Shown here: piece after piece, positions 24,401 to 35,989 of the stretch
Position numbering within the stretch: position 1 is the stretch's first letter
Layout of the letters: every line of letters begins with the position of its first letter
From: Tubiluchus corallicola
Taxonomy: Eukaryota > Animalia > Priapulida
Assembly: GCA_030141605.1 (NCBI GenBank)
Contig: JAQGDQ010000072.1
Coordinates: forward strand, 558,001-622,000
Reading direction: 5' to 3'
DNA: 64,000 nt
Position numbers and translations under genes: made by a program
The notes under the pieces: model-generated
What the model saw: the letters and a program-made list of their open reading frames with translations, nothing else
Database searches by the model: none
Told to the model about the DNA's origin: nothing

Positions 24401-25870
24401 AATAATATAAATTCTATATAGATGTCACCAATCACTTACAAATTTTCTTAATTAATGATTTAAACATAGCAATATCTCAAACTAATAATATCGACACAGT
24501 AATATACAATAACCATGTGAAAAATAAATTAATAAGTGACATAGAATCAATTAACTGGAGGAAATATATAGAATTTCAGATCCCGAAGCAGCTTACAATC
24601 TATTTCTAGACAAATTTAATAAAGCTTACTTTAAAAATATAAAAACTACTGATGCATCCAAGAAAACTAATGTCATTAAAAATCCTTGGATAACTCCAGC
24701 CATATTTTAATAAAAATATGTTTAAAAACAGTATCACGCACCAAAATAAAATGTATAATTCATTAATCAAACGAACCTTAGACGCATGTGGAACCGACTA
24801 TAAACAATATCGCAATAAATTAAATAACATTATTAAAAATGCTAAATCAACTTATTATCAAAATATGTTAAACAATATTAAAGCCAATTTAGAAAAAAAC
24901 ATAAAGATGGGAAATTTGCATGTTGCATGCCAGGCACGAACAGCCCTTAATTCGTTTAAAAATTAATAATAAATTAATCACGGATCCTAAATCTACAGTA
25001 AATCATTTTAATGACCATTTTTCGCAGATTGGACAAAAATTAGCTGATAATATAAGAAAATGTTAATATCAACTATGAAACTTACTTAAGAGGCAATTAT
25101 CCTTCTACCTTTTTCTTTACACAAGTCACGGAATCTAATATTATAAGTATATGCAAGTCACCTGATCGAAATAAAAGAGCTGGTGGGGATAATTTGTGCC
25201 CCAAAGTTATTATAGATGTAATTGAATGTATCATTACCCATTTGACGCACATAATTAATAATTCACTTAAAACTGCCACTGTTCCTTCTAAGTTAAAAAG
25301 ATCAATTATTATCTTTATCTTCAAATCCAAAGATTCTATGGACATTAATAATCATAGACCTATTTCGCTGTTACCTTTTTTTAAAAAATATTGGAAAAAG
25401 TTGTTTACAATAAAATATTATCTCATTTGGATCATCAAAACATAATAAATAATAAGCAGTTTGGTTTTCGGAAAGAAACAGCTTAACTGAATTGGATTTC
25501 ATAAACATTGGAGAGAGTATAACTAAAATGCAATGAACAAAATAAAGTAACAGTAAGGATATTTTGTGACCTCTCTATGGCCTTTGTTACTGTTAATCAT
25601 AAAATACTTCTTGCTGAACTACATCATTACGGTCTTAGAGGGGTACCAAACGCAGGAACATCTGGTTATCTTCACGGGAGAATACAAGTGGTTCGACACA
25701 ATAATGTAATTTCAAATGAAATTACCACAAGGCTCAATTTTATGCTCACTGATATATGATATTTGATATTATTCACAAGTGACATAAAATATTCTTCAGA
25801 TCTGAATCCAGTTTGTTCAAATCTTCAAACTGTTGCAGTTTGCAGATGATACAAGCATATTCTTTGAATT
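21480..25870 (+). mobile_element. Decayed, near-complete CR1/L2-group LINE: ORF1 remnant, long spacer, then PHD finger, APE endonuclease and RT
   Basis: ORF1-like VRFFEVPE...EICHR...EDLT...VWTSVGKILIK (21530-21940). PHD CNKTVRYNQRGLCCDCCNRWLHLKC (23290-23450). APE HLNIRSL, IALTETWL, GDYNI, TIIDNI. RT NHRPISLLP, FADD. Multiple stops. Confidence 0.88.
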
Positions 25871-26059
25871 AAATAAGACTGATAGTGTATGAAACTGTAA
25901 TTTATTACAGTATTGTGTAACAATTTTGATTTTACCATGTATTACACGTCATTATATTGTACTGAATGTGATAATAATAAAAACTTCAAACTTCAAAAAA
26001 AAACACTTCAATGGATTCTAAGTAATCTAAGTAAGGGCGTATTCTAAGTAAAGCACATT

Positions 26060-26219
26060 TACTTAGTGTCATCAACCATACAATCGGTAATATCATTAAT
26101 AAAAATAAGGAAGCAGTATGGGCCACTCAAGGTTTCTTGGGGGCTACCACTTATAACGGGGCGCCATTCAGTGGATACGCTTTGAGAACAACACGTTGGA
26201 AACGAATAGTAAGAAAGTA
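26060..26219 (-). mobile_element. Short RT fragment of a LINE
   Basis: SGSPQETL.GP..FLIFINDI and DDT-like motifs on the minus strand. Confidence 0.55.
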
Positions 26220-26343
26220 TCTTAGCAGTTTTGGTTTTTTCTTTCTATTTTGCACGTATGTTTATACGTATGTTTATATATATATATAAACATACGTATA
26301 AACATACGTGCAAAATAGAAAGAAAAAACCAAAACTGCTAAGA
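26220..26343. repeat. Perfect 124-bp palindrome centred on (TA)n
   Basis: Arms checked base by base: TCTTAGCAGTTTTGG...TGTTTATATAT | ATATATAAACA...CCAAAACTGCTAAGA. Confidence 0.95.
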
Positions 26344-26629
26344 CTGACAGGCGGTAGGGGTATAGACTTTCAACACGAAATACAATTTTAAGCGTAGAAG
26401 TACAATGTTATATATAAAAATAGCGATATCACTGTAAAAAAATTCATGGTAAGTTTTCACCGTAAGTTGGGGTCTAGACTTTCAACATAGATAATAAGTG
26501 AGATTTTACCATTCATATATTGGTAAACTAGTAAATAATGGGGTAGCATTATAATAAATATGGTTTGTTAAGTTCAACTTGAGTGGAAAGAAGTAGTATA
26601 AGATTTAGTTAGGTAGGCAGCTCCAAAGA

Positions 26630-27300
26630 CTAGTTACATAGAGAAATAAACTTGTTTTTGTAATTTTAAATCAAGATAATTGAGTGATTTGGTTTTAAAA
26701 TCCTGGGGAATAGAATTCCAAATTCGTGGGCCTTGATACTTGAGCGAACATTGAGCTTTGGTTGTATTACATCTTTTGACACTATAAATATTGCTTGGTG
26801 CGAAATGTGTTTGGTAGTTATGCAAAGCTGAAGGTTCGCTCAAGTATGCATTAAATAGTTTTGGTAACTTACCATTCATAAACTTAAAGACAAATGTAAC
26901 CATTTCAAGGTTACAGATATCAGTTATTTTTAAAATTCTTAATTTGGCTATAATAAGGTTTCTGAAACCAGCAAAGCATACAGCTATTACAATTCTGTTT
27001 TGAGGTACAACAACATTCTGTACTATATATAATATTTTTTATATATTTTTGCATATTTTTTAGTTTGCATATTTAGGTAATGCCGAAGTTTGAAAAATGT
27101 CCCGTTGTTTTACTAATTTTAATCGTTATGTGTTTTATGTGTGCATTCCAGTTACAGTTACTATCGATAGAAACACCCAGATATTTTATATCATTGGATC
27201 TACTAATACTTATATTATTAACATTAATTTTAAAAATGTCTATATCAGCATTAGATTTTCGATTAGAAAAGAGAATAAACTTAGTAATGGATTAGCAACT
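26630..27300 (-). mobile_element. LINE 3' ORF2 fragment (L2/CR1 group)
   Basis: KYLGVSID, H.YQT and SLKYQGPRIWNSIP motifs. Confidence 0.75.
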
Positions 27301-28696
27301 TTACCAATTGTGCCATTTTCCCCTTGCCATTTTTACCAAATCAATTTTTTTCTATGCCATTTTTACTGCACACCCACCGGTACGTATTGTATTATAGTAT
27401 TTCACTTTAGTGAAATAATGTGAATTAATAAAAGACTTGTGTAACATCGTGTGACAATAAAACACGTTTGTAAATTATTTTTGCTTTTATAGATAAGTGT
27501 CAGGATTATTATTTCAATTTACAGAGCAAACATTTTACAGGACATTATAAAAAACAGTCTTTCAACAGACAACATTAACAAAATAGTAGTTTACCAAGGC
27601 GAGGTCTTCTCCAGTACTTGGGTAGGACCGGTCCTTCCTCCCGCACGTTGTAGTAATGCAGCAGTATTCTGTCTCCAATGGAAGTAGGCTAAGTTAGCGT
27701 CTCTCTCAGTGTACTTCGTAAGCAGCAGGTAGCCTTTTCCAGGAAATCTCCACAGCTTTCCATCAAACGGGCAGGACACAGAATAGGGATAATCTCCTGA
27801 GATCGGATAATAAGAAGATCATCTCCTCCGAGTTCCCACGCAGAACGGAAGCGATTTAGACCATCGAACATGAAGTCAAAGGTGACAGTATCTTCATCCA
27901 ACGTAAAGGTAATTAGGCTATGTAATGAATGCCTAATTTAACAAATGTCTCTCAGTAATTGTGTAACTGACGAGGTTTCACCAGCAAAAGAAGAACATCG
28001 TTCACCAACGAATAAGAAGAACATAATAATGAACAAACCATCCATTTCTCGTTCAATCATCGCATGAAAGAAACCATGATATAGTTACATCTGACCATTT
28101 CTCAACACGGCCATTCTACTCTCTGCAGTACGTAGGCCAATACGTCTAATATCCAGGCCTCGAAAGCTAGCCGACCAATCAGAAACGAGTTCCGGGTGAA
28201 GTGACCTCAGTAGTACAGCGACGAAGCTTTCACATTTGTTCAAACAATGGGCATAATATTATCATGGAAAAAATGTTGCTAAACGTATTTTCGCTTAAAA
28301 AATATAAGTCATGTTGAAACGAAACGAATTTCATCTTCTTCTGCCTAATTACATATTTAAGGTAACTTAACAGAAAATGGCTTCATTTAATGGATAACTT
28401 CGTCAAAAATAATGCTACTCTTGACTAAAGATGGCAGCACAAGATTGGAACATTAAAATCAATACATCAATATTATCAATCGTTAGCTAAACAATTCGTG
28501 ATACCGTTTAGTGATATTTAATACTTAAAGTGAAAAATAATTAGTAACAGTAATCTGCTAGATGGGGGACCATCACAACTTGTAATAATAATAATGGTAA
28601 AGTCTGTCATGTAGTAGCAATAAGTCTATTCCACATTTCCTTGTGGTGTTTATATTATAAACAAATCACTGAAAAAGGCATACTTCGCTATGATAA

Positions 28697-28820
28697 GTAG
28701 TGTTGGTTCGTTACTTCGTGAAAAGTAATCTGCCGTAATTACTAATGACTTCGGAAAAATTGTAATGAAATTACTCATTACTGATTACTTGCAGCAAGTG
28801 TAATCCCTTACTGATTACGT
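28697..28820. mobile_element. Probable hAT-MITE end with GTAAT/ATTAC repeats
   Basis: TAGTGTTGGTTCGTTACT..AAAGTAATC start followed by clustered GTAAT/TTAC units. Confidence 0.4.
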
Positions 28821-31559
28821 AGTGTGCTAGTGTGAATGATGCTTTCGCAAAAAGGGTGCATCTATTCGGATTATGCGCTTTAGTGAATCAGAACGTTGCT
28901 TCTGGCAAATGCCTAAATCTGTCATTAGGTTAATTCAATCTACAATTTTTTAGTAAAATTCACTGAAACACAAAGATGTTTAGATAACAGTTTTCTCCTT
29001 GCACTGCAATGTTATAGTTTTTCCGCATTTGCAAAAATAAGATAATGGCAATTTTGCTATTAATTTTGTCACAGCTTCTGCTTGCTAAGCTGACAACTGT
29101 ACACATTCAATAAGGTTCAGTCCTGTTACTTTGCCAGGGTCAGGGTATTTTAGTATTATATATTATTTATTTAGGCACAAAGGTACAATAAAGAAAAAGC
29201 AAAAAAGCACATAAAGAACATATAAGATCGCGTGAACAATGAGGCCTTCACCAGCGTGCCAGGGCCAGCAGCAAGGAATTTAATCCCCAAACAGCAAACT
29301 GCCCGCTGGCCTGTACTAGTGAAGTGAACAGGAGAATCAGTGAAAGTGGATGATCATTAAAAAAGATAAAATGTATCAAAGTCAGATACAAAACTAAAAA
29401 AAAATGCACTTGAAAATAAACTGATTAAATATATATAAGGAAAGAACAAGTCACTCATTATGTTAACTTTATTTTACTGTTATCACTCAAACTTAGAAAA
29501 ATATAACAAAGAAAAACGCACAGAACTATCTATAAAGCATAAATTTATAATATAGTATCTGTGAATAGAAATTTTCAGGCGTGATAGTGCCGCCATTCAC
29601 TTGAAAATCATGACGCAACTGGGAGACTTCGTGACTTTTCGTAAGCGCGCGCTGCTTAAATTAATTCAAACTTCTGCAGCTTACCTAATATTATTTTTCT
29701 TGAAGACGAATGACGTCATTCGAAGAATAATGGGCATTGAAAATGGGAGTGCCCAAGCATGAAGTGATCGCGACTTTAAAGTGATTTTACTAGTTACACG
29801 AGGCGCTTATTGCAGTTTTATTACTAAATCCTTCTAACATTTTTCGCGAACATTGAAATAAGCCTAACCTCTTAGGAGGCTTGGCCTTTCGCAATTAATA
29901 AAATACACAATGATCAGATGTAAAATACAAAAAAAAATCAGATAAAAAAACGCACCTGAAAATTAATCGATTAGGAAAAGTGGAAGCTGTAGGAAAACCA
30001 TTGAATAAAACCATTGTGCAGGTAAAAAACATTAAAATAATAACCAATTGCCAAATTAGCACCTAAGTAAAAGAAAATTCGTTATTCAAGTAATAACTTA
30101 TTAATTCAGACAATGTTTTTGCTTCCTTTATGTCACTAGGAAGCTCATTCCGTAAGCACGAAAACCGATTAAAAAGGATGCCCATAATTAAATTCTACCA
30201 TTATTATTATGTAGCAAACGGTCCGAAAAACGTGAGGTTCTGTTGAAGGTCCAGCGATGGTGAACTAGATGGGAGAAACGATTGTTAAGTCTTTATACCC
30301 AAATACGACCGAGAATAGATCTCTGCGCTGTTTCAGCTCATCATTGAAAAAAAACCATCATTGTGAGGATTTTTCCTAAATTTCAAGCACCAGGTGGCGG
30401 TAAAGGGTCTGAGCGTAGTGATTGAGTATTTTTTGCTACACAGTACTTTGTTTCGACTTATTAGGCTCAAACTTTATGTATGCTTTTCTTAATTTGCAGA
30501 TTAAACGATAATACTACAAAAAAGTAGTTATAATCATTATATTACAATTAGCATTCAACCGACGATAGCAGGGTAATGTATCTGCTAGCCTTTCTCTTTA
30601 TGGGAAATTACCAATTTATGTCAATTTATGTTAAACTTTATTTCAATTTTATGGCATGCACAGTTAGTGTGTGGTGACCATACAAGTGCGCAGTATTCCA
30701 TGCACCATTCAGTGCATTATAAAGTTTAATATATGTCTGCACATTTACAGGCTGTAAAAACAAAACACAATGGCCACCTAGCACAAGAACTAATATTGTT
30801 CACATGCGGGTTCCGTGACAGATCATTGTAAAAATGCACACCTAAATATTTGTGTGTGCTTACCTCCTTACTTCCATTATTTTATCAAATATGTAGCATG
30901 TTCGGGCCAAGTACCCCGCGGACGATCAGGTGTTTTGTCTTGGATGGATTTAATAATATATTTTGTTAGACTGACTCCAGTCGTAAATACTGTATAGGTC
31001 GGACTGCAAAACTTCGGCATCTGTTGGATCCCTAATGGGTCTGTAAACAAAGGGTATCGTCCGCATACTGAAACGTGTCCATACCGATAGAAACTGTATG
31101 ATACAAATCGTTCGTGTATAAAACGAATAGTAAGGACCCCAAAAGAAAACACTGGCTTATGAAACACCAAATGTGACTGGGGTCTACTGGGAATAATTTT
31201 CCGGGTAAATTAGCGGTTGTAGTATGTTGCGCAAGAAACTAGTGACCTATTTGTTAATGTTACTACATATACCGAAACGCCTAAATATATCAAGCAGTTT
31301 ACCGTATCAAATGCTCTAGAGATGTCTATAAAGATTGCGTCGATACGAAGTGGACTACGTTCTTCTAAAACTCTGCGCCAATTGTCATATAGTACACTGA
31401 ATTGCAGCTTCCTAGCTCCCTAGACTAGACCCATTTAGAACGCCATACTGTGCTTTGCTAAGCATGTCAGCATGTCAACTGTGATCCTCTCCATCACTTT
31501 ACCAACCGAGTTGGTTATAGAGATAGGCTGACAATTTCCAAGAAAATTACTATCTTTGT

Positions 31560-32400
31560 CACACCTTTAAAAATACGGGTGAAATTACCTCTATTCCATT
31601 CTGCAGGAAGATAGCCAGCAGACAGATGCTCGCATTAAACAGTCTGCACAATGGAGATGCCAAACTAGCCTCACATTCATTTAGCATTTTATTGGGTATG
31701 GCGTCCGGCGATGCAGATTTCGATATATTTAAGTCATTTAATGTAGGGTGACGATTACACTTGTCAGCAACAATTTTTAATGGAACTGACTCAGTCATAT
31801 AAGTATAAAATAAGCCCAACCATATTTCATAAATGTCATCAAAATCCAAGTTGTCACTGTAACACAAGTCCCACGGTGCTAAATGTAACAAAGTGTTCAT
31901 GTGACCAAATTCGGCTCTTTATACATGTAAATCAGTTTCGAAATGTTCTTTCTTTGCTTGCAGCCAAGGTTTAGAACACATTCCACAGCTCTGTGATCAC
32001 AAGTAGGGCTTAAAATGTTATGAGCCACTGCTATAATGCTGACAGTAGAAACACCGCTGACACAGAATAAGTCCAGCGTGTTGCTCCTACTTTGGGCTTA
32101 ACAGCATTGAGGTGTCAGATAATATGGATCGGTGACCAGCTGCATCAAGTCAAGGTCATCTAGACAATTGATAATAACTTCGTCCACAGCATCATCTGGC
32201 ATGTAAGGCAGCTATTAAAAGTCTGCGTGACTGTTAGTCTCCCATGATCACAATTTGTTTATGATCATGTTTAATTATTTGTATTAAGTTAAGAAACTCT
32301 TCCAGTGCATTAATTTGTTCTAACTGGGCTTGTGGGCAGCCACTGGGAGGACGATAGTAGATCGTCTAAGTAGATAGCAGATCGATAGTTGATACTCTGT
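31560..32400 (-). mobile_element. Decayed CR1-group LINE fragment (endonuclease and linker)
   Basis: YYRPP, NTLDL, SASPDAIPNKML.EC..SLASPLCRLFNASI motifs. Confidence 0.7.
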
Positions 32401-32604
32401 AAGATTTTCCTTGACTGGGCTTGGCTTTACTAAGCTATATTGTCTTACAGTATGTCTACAGTGCACGTAACCAAGCATTAAATGCTTGAAAACAATCAGC
32501 TACTGTAACAGCTGTAAAAGTTCTTATCAGCAGTCAGTCTGAATGTCAAATAAAGTCATTATTTCAGCAAAGTAATAAACCGCCGAGTGAAATGTGGATA
32601 CAGG

Positions 32605-33288
32605 GAACGTAGGTAAAAATAGCACAGGTAAAATGACACAGGAAAAAATGGCACACTTATTAAAATATGTGTTTAGTGTTAGGGCTAAGGTGGGGGATAA
32701 TTAAAAAAAAAACATTCGCGAAGGTCTCAGAGGGAGTGTTTAGCACTTCTTTTTTATTATTTCCACCAAGACAAACAATTACGAGCTAGTTCCAGGTTTC
32801 GCAAATTGTGCAACGCCGTCTTTAACCTTTGCTTATGAATGTGTATGGCCTTACGAGATGACTTGGTATGTAAATACGTATAGATTTGCCAGTCTATTAC
32901 CATCGCCAAAATTAATGGTTAAAAAGGTAGATCAACGTTATGGTGAACATTCGTGCATTATTGAATATAAATCCATTTAATGAGCAAATATTTTGCGAGT
33001 CTTTTGCTGGTCTATATAATACCAGTACAGGTACATATTTGTATGTTTGCTTGTTTATCTTCATGTAATTTTTTTAATCAAAAGAATCAGATAATAAAGT
33101 TTGATTGTTTGGCTTTGGCGGAAATCTGTTTCTTACTGAGTGCATTCTAGTTTTATTATAGAAATCAACTGCATTAAAACAACATTATGCCATTTTTCCT
33201 ACTTTTCTATTTGTGCCATTTTTTCGGTGTCATTTCTTCCTGTGCTATTTTCACCGTCCCGTCCTGTGCCTATTTTCACCTACTGTTC
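32605..33288. mobile_element. MITE with subterminal TGCCATTTTT/AAAAATGGCA repeats
   Basis: Inverted termini GAACGTAGGTAAAAATAGCACAGG versus CCTGTGCCTATTTTCACCTACTGTTC. A related end fragment sits at about 27298-27380. Confidence 0.72.
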
Positions 33289-33508
33289 GATTTATGCCAG
33301 TTTTGCCTAGACGTGTAAAGAAAACATTTACGTGTTAGCTTACGACAAAGCAATAAACGTGAAACCATAATGGTACAACTAATTATCAACCATGGAAATG
33401 CCAGGCTCAAAATCATTCGAAAAATTTAATCTTATTAGTTACAATTGCTCACCAATCTAACACGAAAGGTTTTCCCGCTATAAGGAATGGACTGCCTTGG
33501 CCACTTAA

Positions 33509-33590
33509 GAATCTTGTGACCTAGTGGATGGTGTCTGCAATATGAGCAGAAGGTCTCTAGTTCAAATCCAGACCGCATTCCAACTTTTTT
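33509..33590 (+). pseudogene. tRNA pseudogene or tRNA-derived SINE head
   Basis: A-box TGACCTAGTGG, anticodon stem TCTGC/GCAGA, B-box GTTCAAATCC, followed by a T-run. The acceptor stem and anticodon loop are degenerate. Confidence 0.55.
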
Positions 33591-33874
33591 CTTTTCGCGT
33601 CTTTCAAGTTTTGTATTACAATCTAATTAACTATGGGTTTGTAACATCATTAATAATAATTGTTACATTAATATTATAACAATTAATTGGTGCAACTGAG
33701 TTTGGAGTTTGTAAGTATGAAGAAACGAGCCACGTAAAATAAGTACTTAAAATTTATGGTATTTAAGTTACTTAAAACGTATTATGATGCTACAAATGTT
33801 CAGTGAAACATTCGTCAAATGAAACAAACATAAAATTTGACAACGTGTTCATGCAGATGTTATTATTACAGCAG

Positions 33875-34815
33875 TTATTCATTGCTAAAAAAATCATAAT
33901 CTAATATTTGCATATACTCTGCACACTCTCGTTCTATAAGTTTTATTTCATTTTTGCTCAGGATCTTCTTCCATTTGTTGATGTGAGATTCTGGATTTTT
34001 TCTCAGTGTGCTCAGCTCTTTGCTGTAAACTTCAAATAGACTATCATTAAAAGAATTCTCCTGTCCGTGAGCCACCCTCTCTAAAAACTCTGTTATATGT
34101 TGGCTATAAGAAAGCCCAGCGAAATTCATGATCTCTTTTGTCACATCCTCGAAATTTTTTACAAGTTCCTCATATCTGACAATCACCATGATGGATTTTG
34201 GGATTTCCTTCAGCATTGCTGTACGAAAATTTTCTAGCATGTCTGCACACAACTCTTTAACGGTAGAGATGACTTTCCCAAATCCCAGTGTTTTTCTCGA
34301 AGCAAACACGGCTCTGGGATCTCTGATTAAATAAATGATTTTGGTGGTGAAATGTTCTTCAAGCAACGGGAGCAGATCTTCAATGTGCAAACGCGTAGTT
34401 TTGACAACATTAAGCTTGTGTTTTGCACATATCTGACTGAGTACCTCTTCTGTCATTGAGGTTATAGAGTGACCACAGTTGGTTATTCGCACTGTTTCAA
34501 CTTCGTGGTCACAGTTGGCAGCTAAAGCCAATTTTCTGCTGCGGGCAAGGAACTTGAACCAGTTCACCCAGCCCAGCTCCTGCCAGTTCCTATTCATAAA
34601 AGCAACTTCGGTATAATTACATGTCGCAATATTTCTGATCACTTTTATAGCCTGAGATATAGTTTCATTTTTGTAAGGGCGCTGGCGGACCCTCCAGGGT
34701 GTGAGATCATTTGTTCGAAACCCTGATACAATTACTAGTGGTTCGTATAAATACAAGACGTCAGGATGATTGTTGAATATTTCTCCCAGCAAGCTAGATC
34801 CACTTCTATGATAAG
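33875..34815 (-). CDS. Carbohydrate sulfotransferase (Gal/GlcNAc/GalNAc 6-O-sulfotransferase, CHST1/3-like), catalytic last exon
   Basis: 5'-PSB RSGSS..G..FN.HP...Y.YEPL, VVKTTRL, 3'-PB IYLIRDPRAVFASR, VRYEEL and KW...L...IERECA.YM..L.Y. The ORF extends to 34906, but that part is AT-rich and ends in a ggtgtag acceptor, so it is probably intron. Confidence 0.88.
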
Positions 34816-35548
34816 CTACACCAAAATAAAAAATAATTAAATTTAATAATAAGTAATACAGACACCTAAACCTATGTGTGACTGGTAAACCTGTAAGATT
34901 GAACATTTACCTCCAGTCCTAACACTGGAGCAATAATCACACCTCAAGCTTCAATTAATAGAGAAAAGTAGTAAACAAAAATTTAGCATATTCTTCTGCC
35001 GGGCACAGTTAGGTTTGAATGTGCACTGTAAATTTAAACTTTACAGTGAAATTTTTTAAATGGAAATGGGTTTTATTGGGAATCAATTTAGGGGGTTACT
35101 GGCTTCCATCTTGGAGCGTGCCGATCAGCATTAACAAATACTCATCAATGCTTGGTGCCTTCGATTATAATTACCAGAAGAAAATTCAGGTGTGGGGGAA
35201 TTTGCTCAGTATGTGATTATTAAATACCTGTATTTACTTTAGTTGTCTAAAATGTCAATTCCGGTCTAAAACAGCAATAATTCTTTGAAACGAAGTATTA
35301 TTTTTGTAAACGTGCATGAAGCGAGGCGTGCCATGTGGAAAATGACGTAATCTTCAAATTTTGTAGCCACCGCACGAATGTTGTGCTCTTATCTAGGGAC
35401 TTCATACGCAGCGTTCAACCAGAACAGTAAAAAAAATTACTTGATATAACCAATAGCGTCTGATTATCCTCTGATTTCGAGTGAAGCGTCTCTTTGGAAT
35501 GGATATCAACTTTCCTCTTTAAACGTTGAACTCCTTTTAACCACTCAC

Positions 35549-35602
35549 CTATAAGGATTGAGGAATATAAACAATGTCTGTTATTTGTTTCTGTTTTCTG
35601 TT
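35549..35602 (-). CDS. Candidate upstream exon of the sulfotransferase (QKTETNNRHCLYSSILI)
   Basis: The donor G|gtgagt is in phase 1 and joins to give SILIAYHRSGSS, restoring the beta-strand before the PSB loop. The acceptor is weak. Confidence 0.4.
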   Translation of the reverse strand, partial: NRKQKQITDIVYIPQSL

Positions 35603-35989
35603 CTTAAATTAAATTTAGCTTAATTACTATAGTAAAAAATCAGCAGTACTTCACTTTAAATTCATTGGACCTAGTACTATGAAATTTATCATTTAATTGA
35701 ACTGGATTATTAAAAAAGATTGGGTGTAGTTTTTTAACTGTTTTATACATATATGTATAAACTTCAAATAGGTATATATATATATATATACCTAAGTTAT
35801 AATTAAATAAATCATCAGCTAATAATATTTTACATTCTTTAAATGGGTGTTATCTATATGTGCCCTTCTAATTTGTTTATAAAGAATATGCAAAAATTTT
35901 CTTTGGGGTACATTTAGGTTAGCTAATTTTGAAATAAATGTTTTTCCCCAAAGAATGGAACAGTAATTAAGATAAGGAAGAATTAAGCT

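Noticed and set aside
33509-33590. Functional tRNA gene
   Set aside because: The acceptor and D stems are broken and the anticodon loop lacks U33; kept only as a pseudogene or SINE head.
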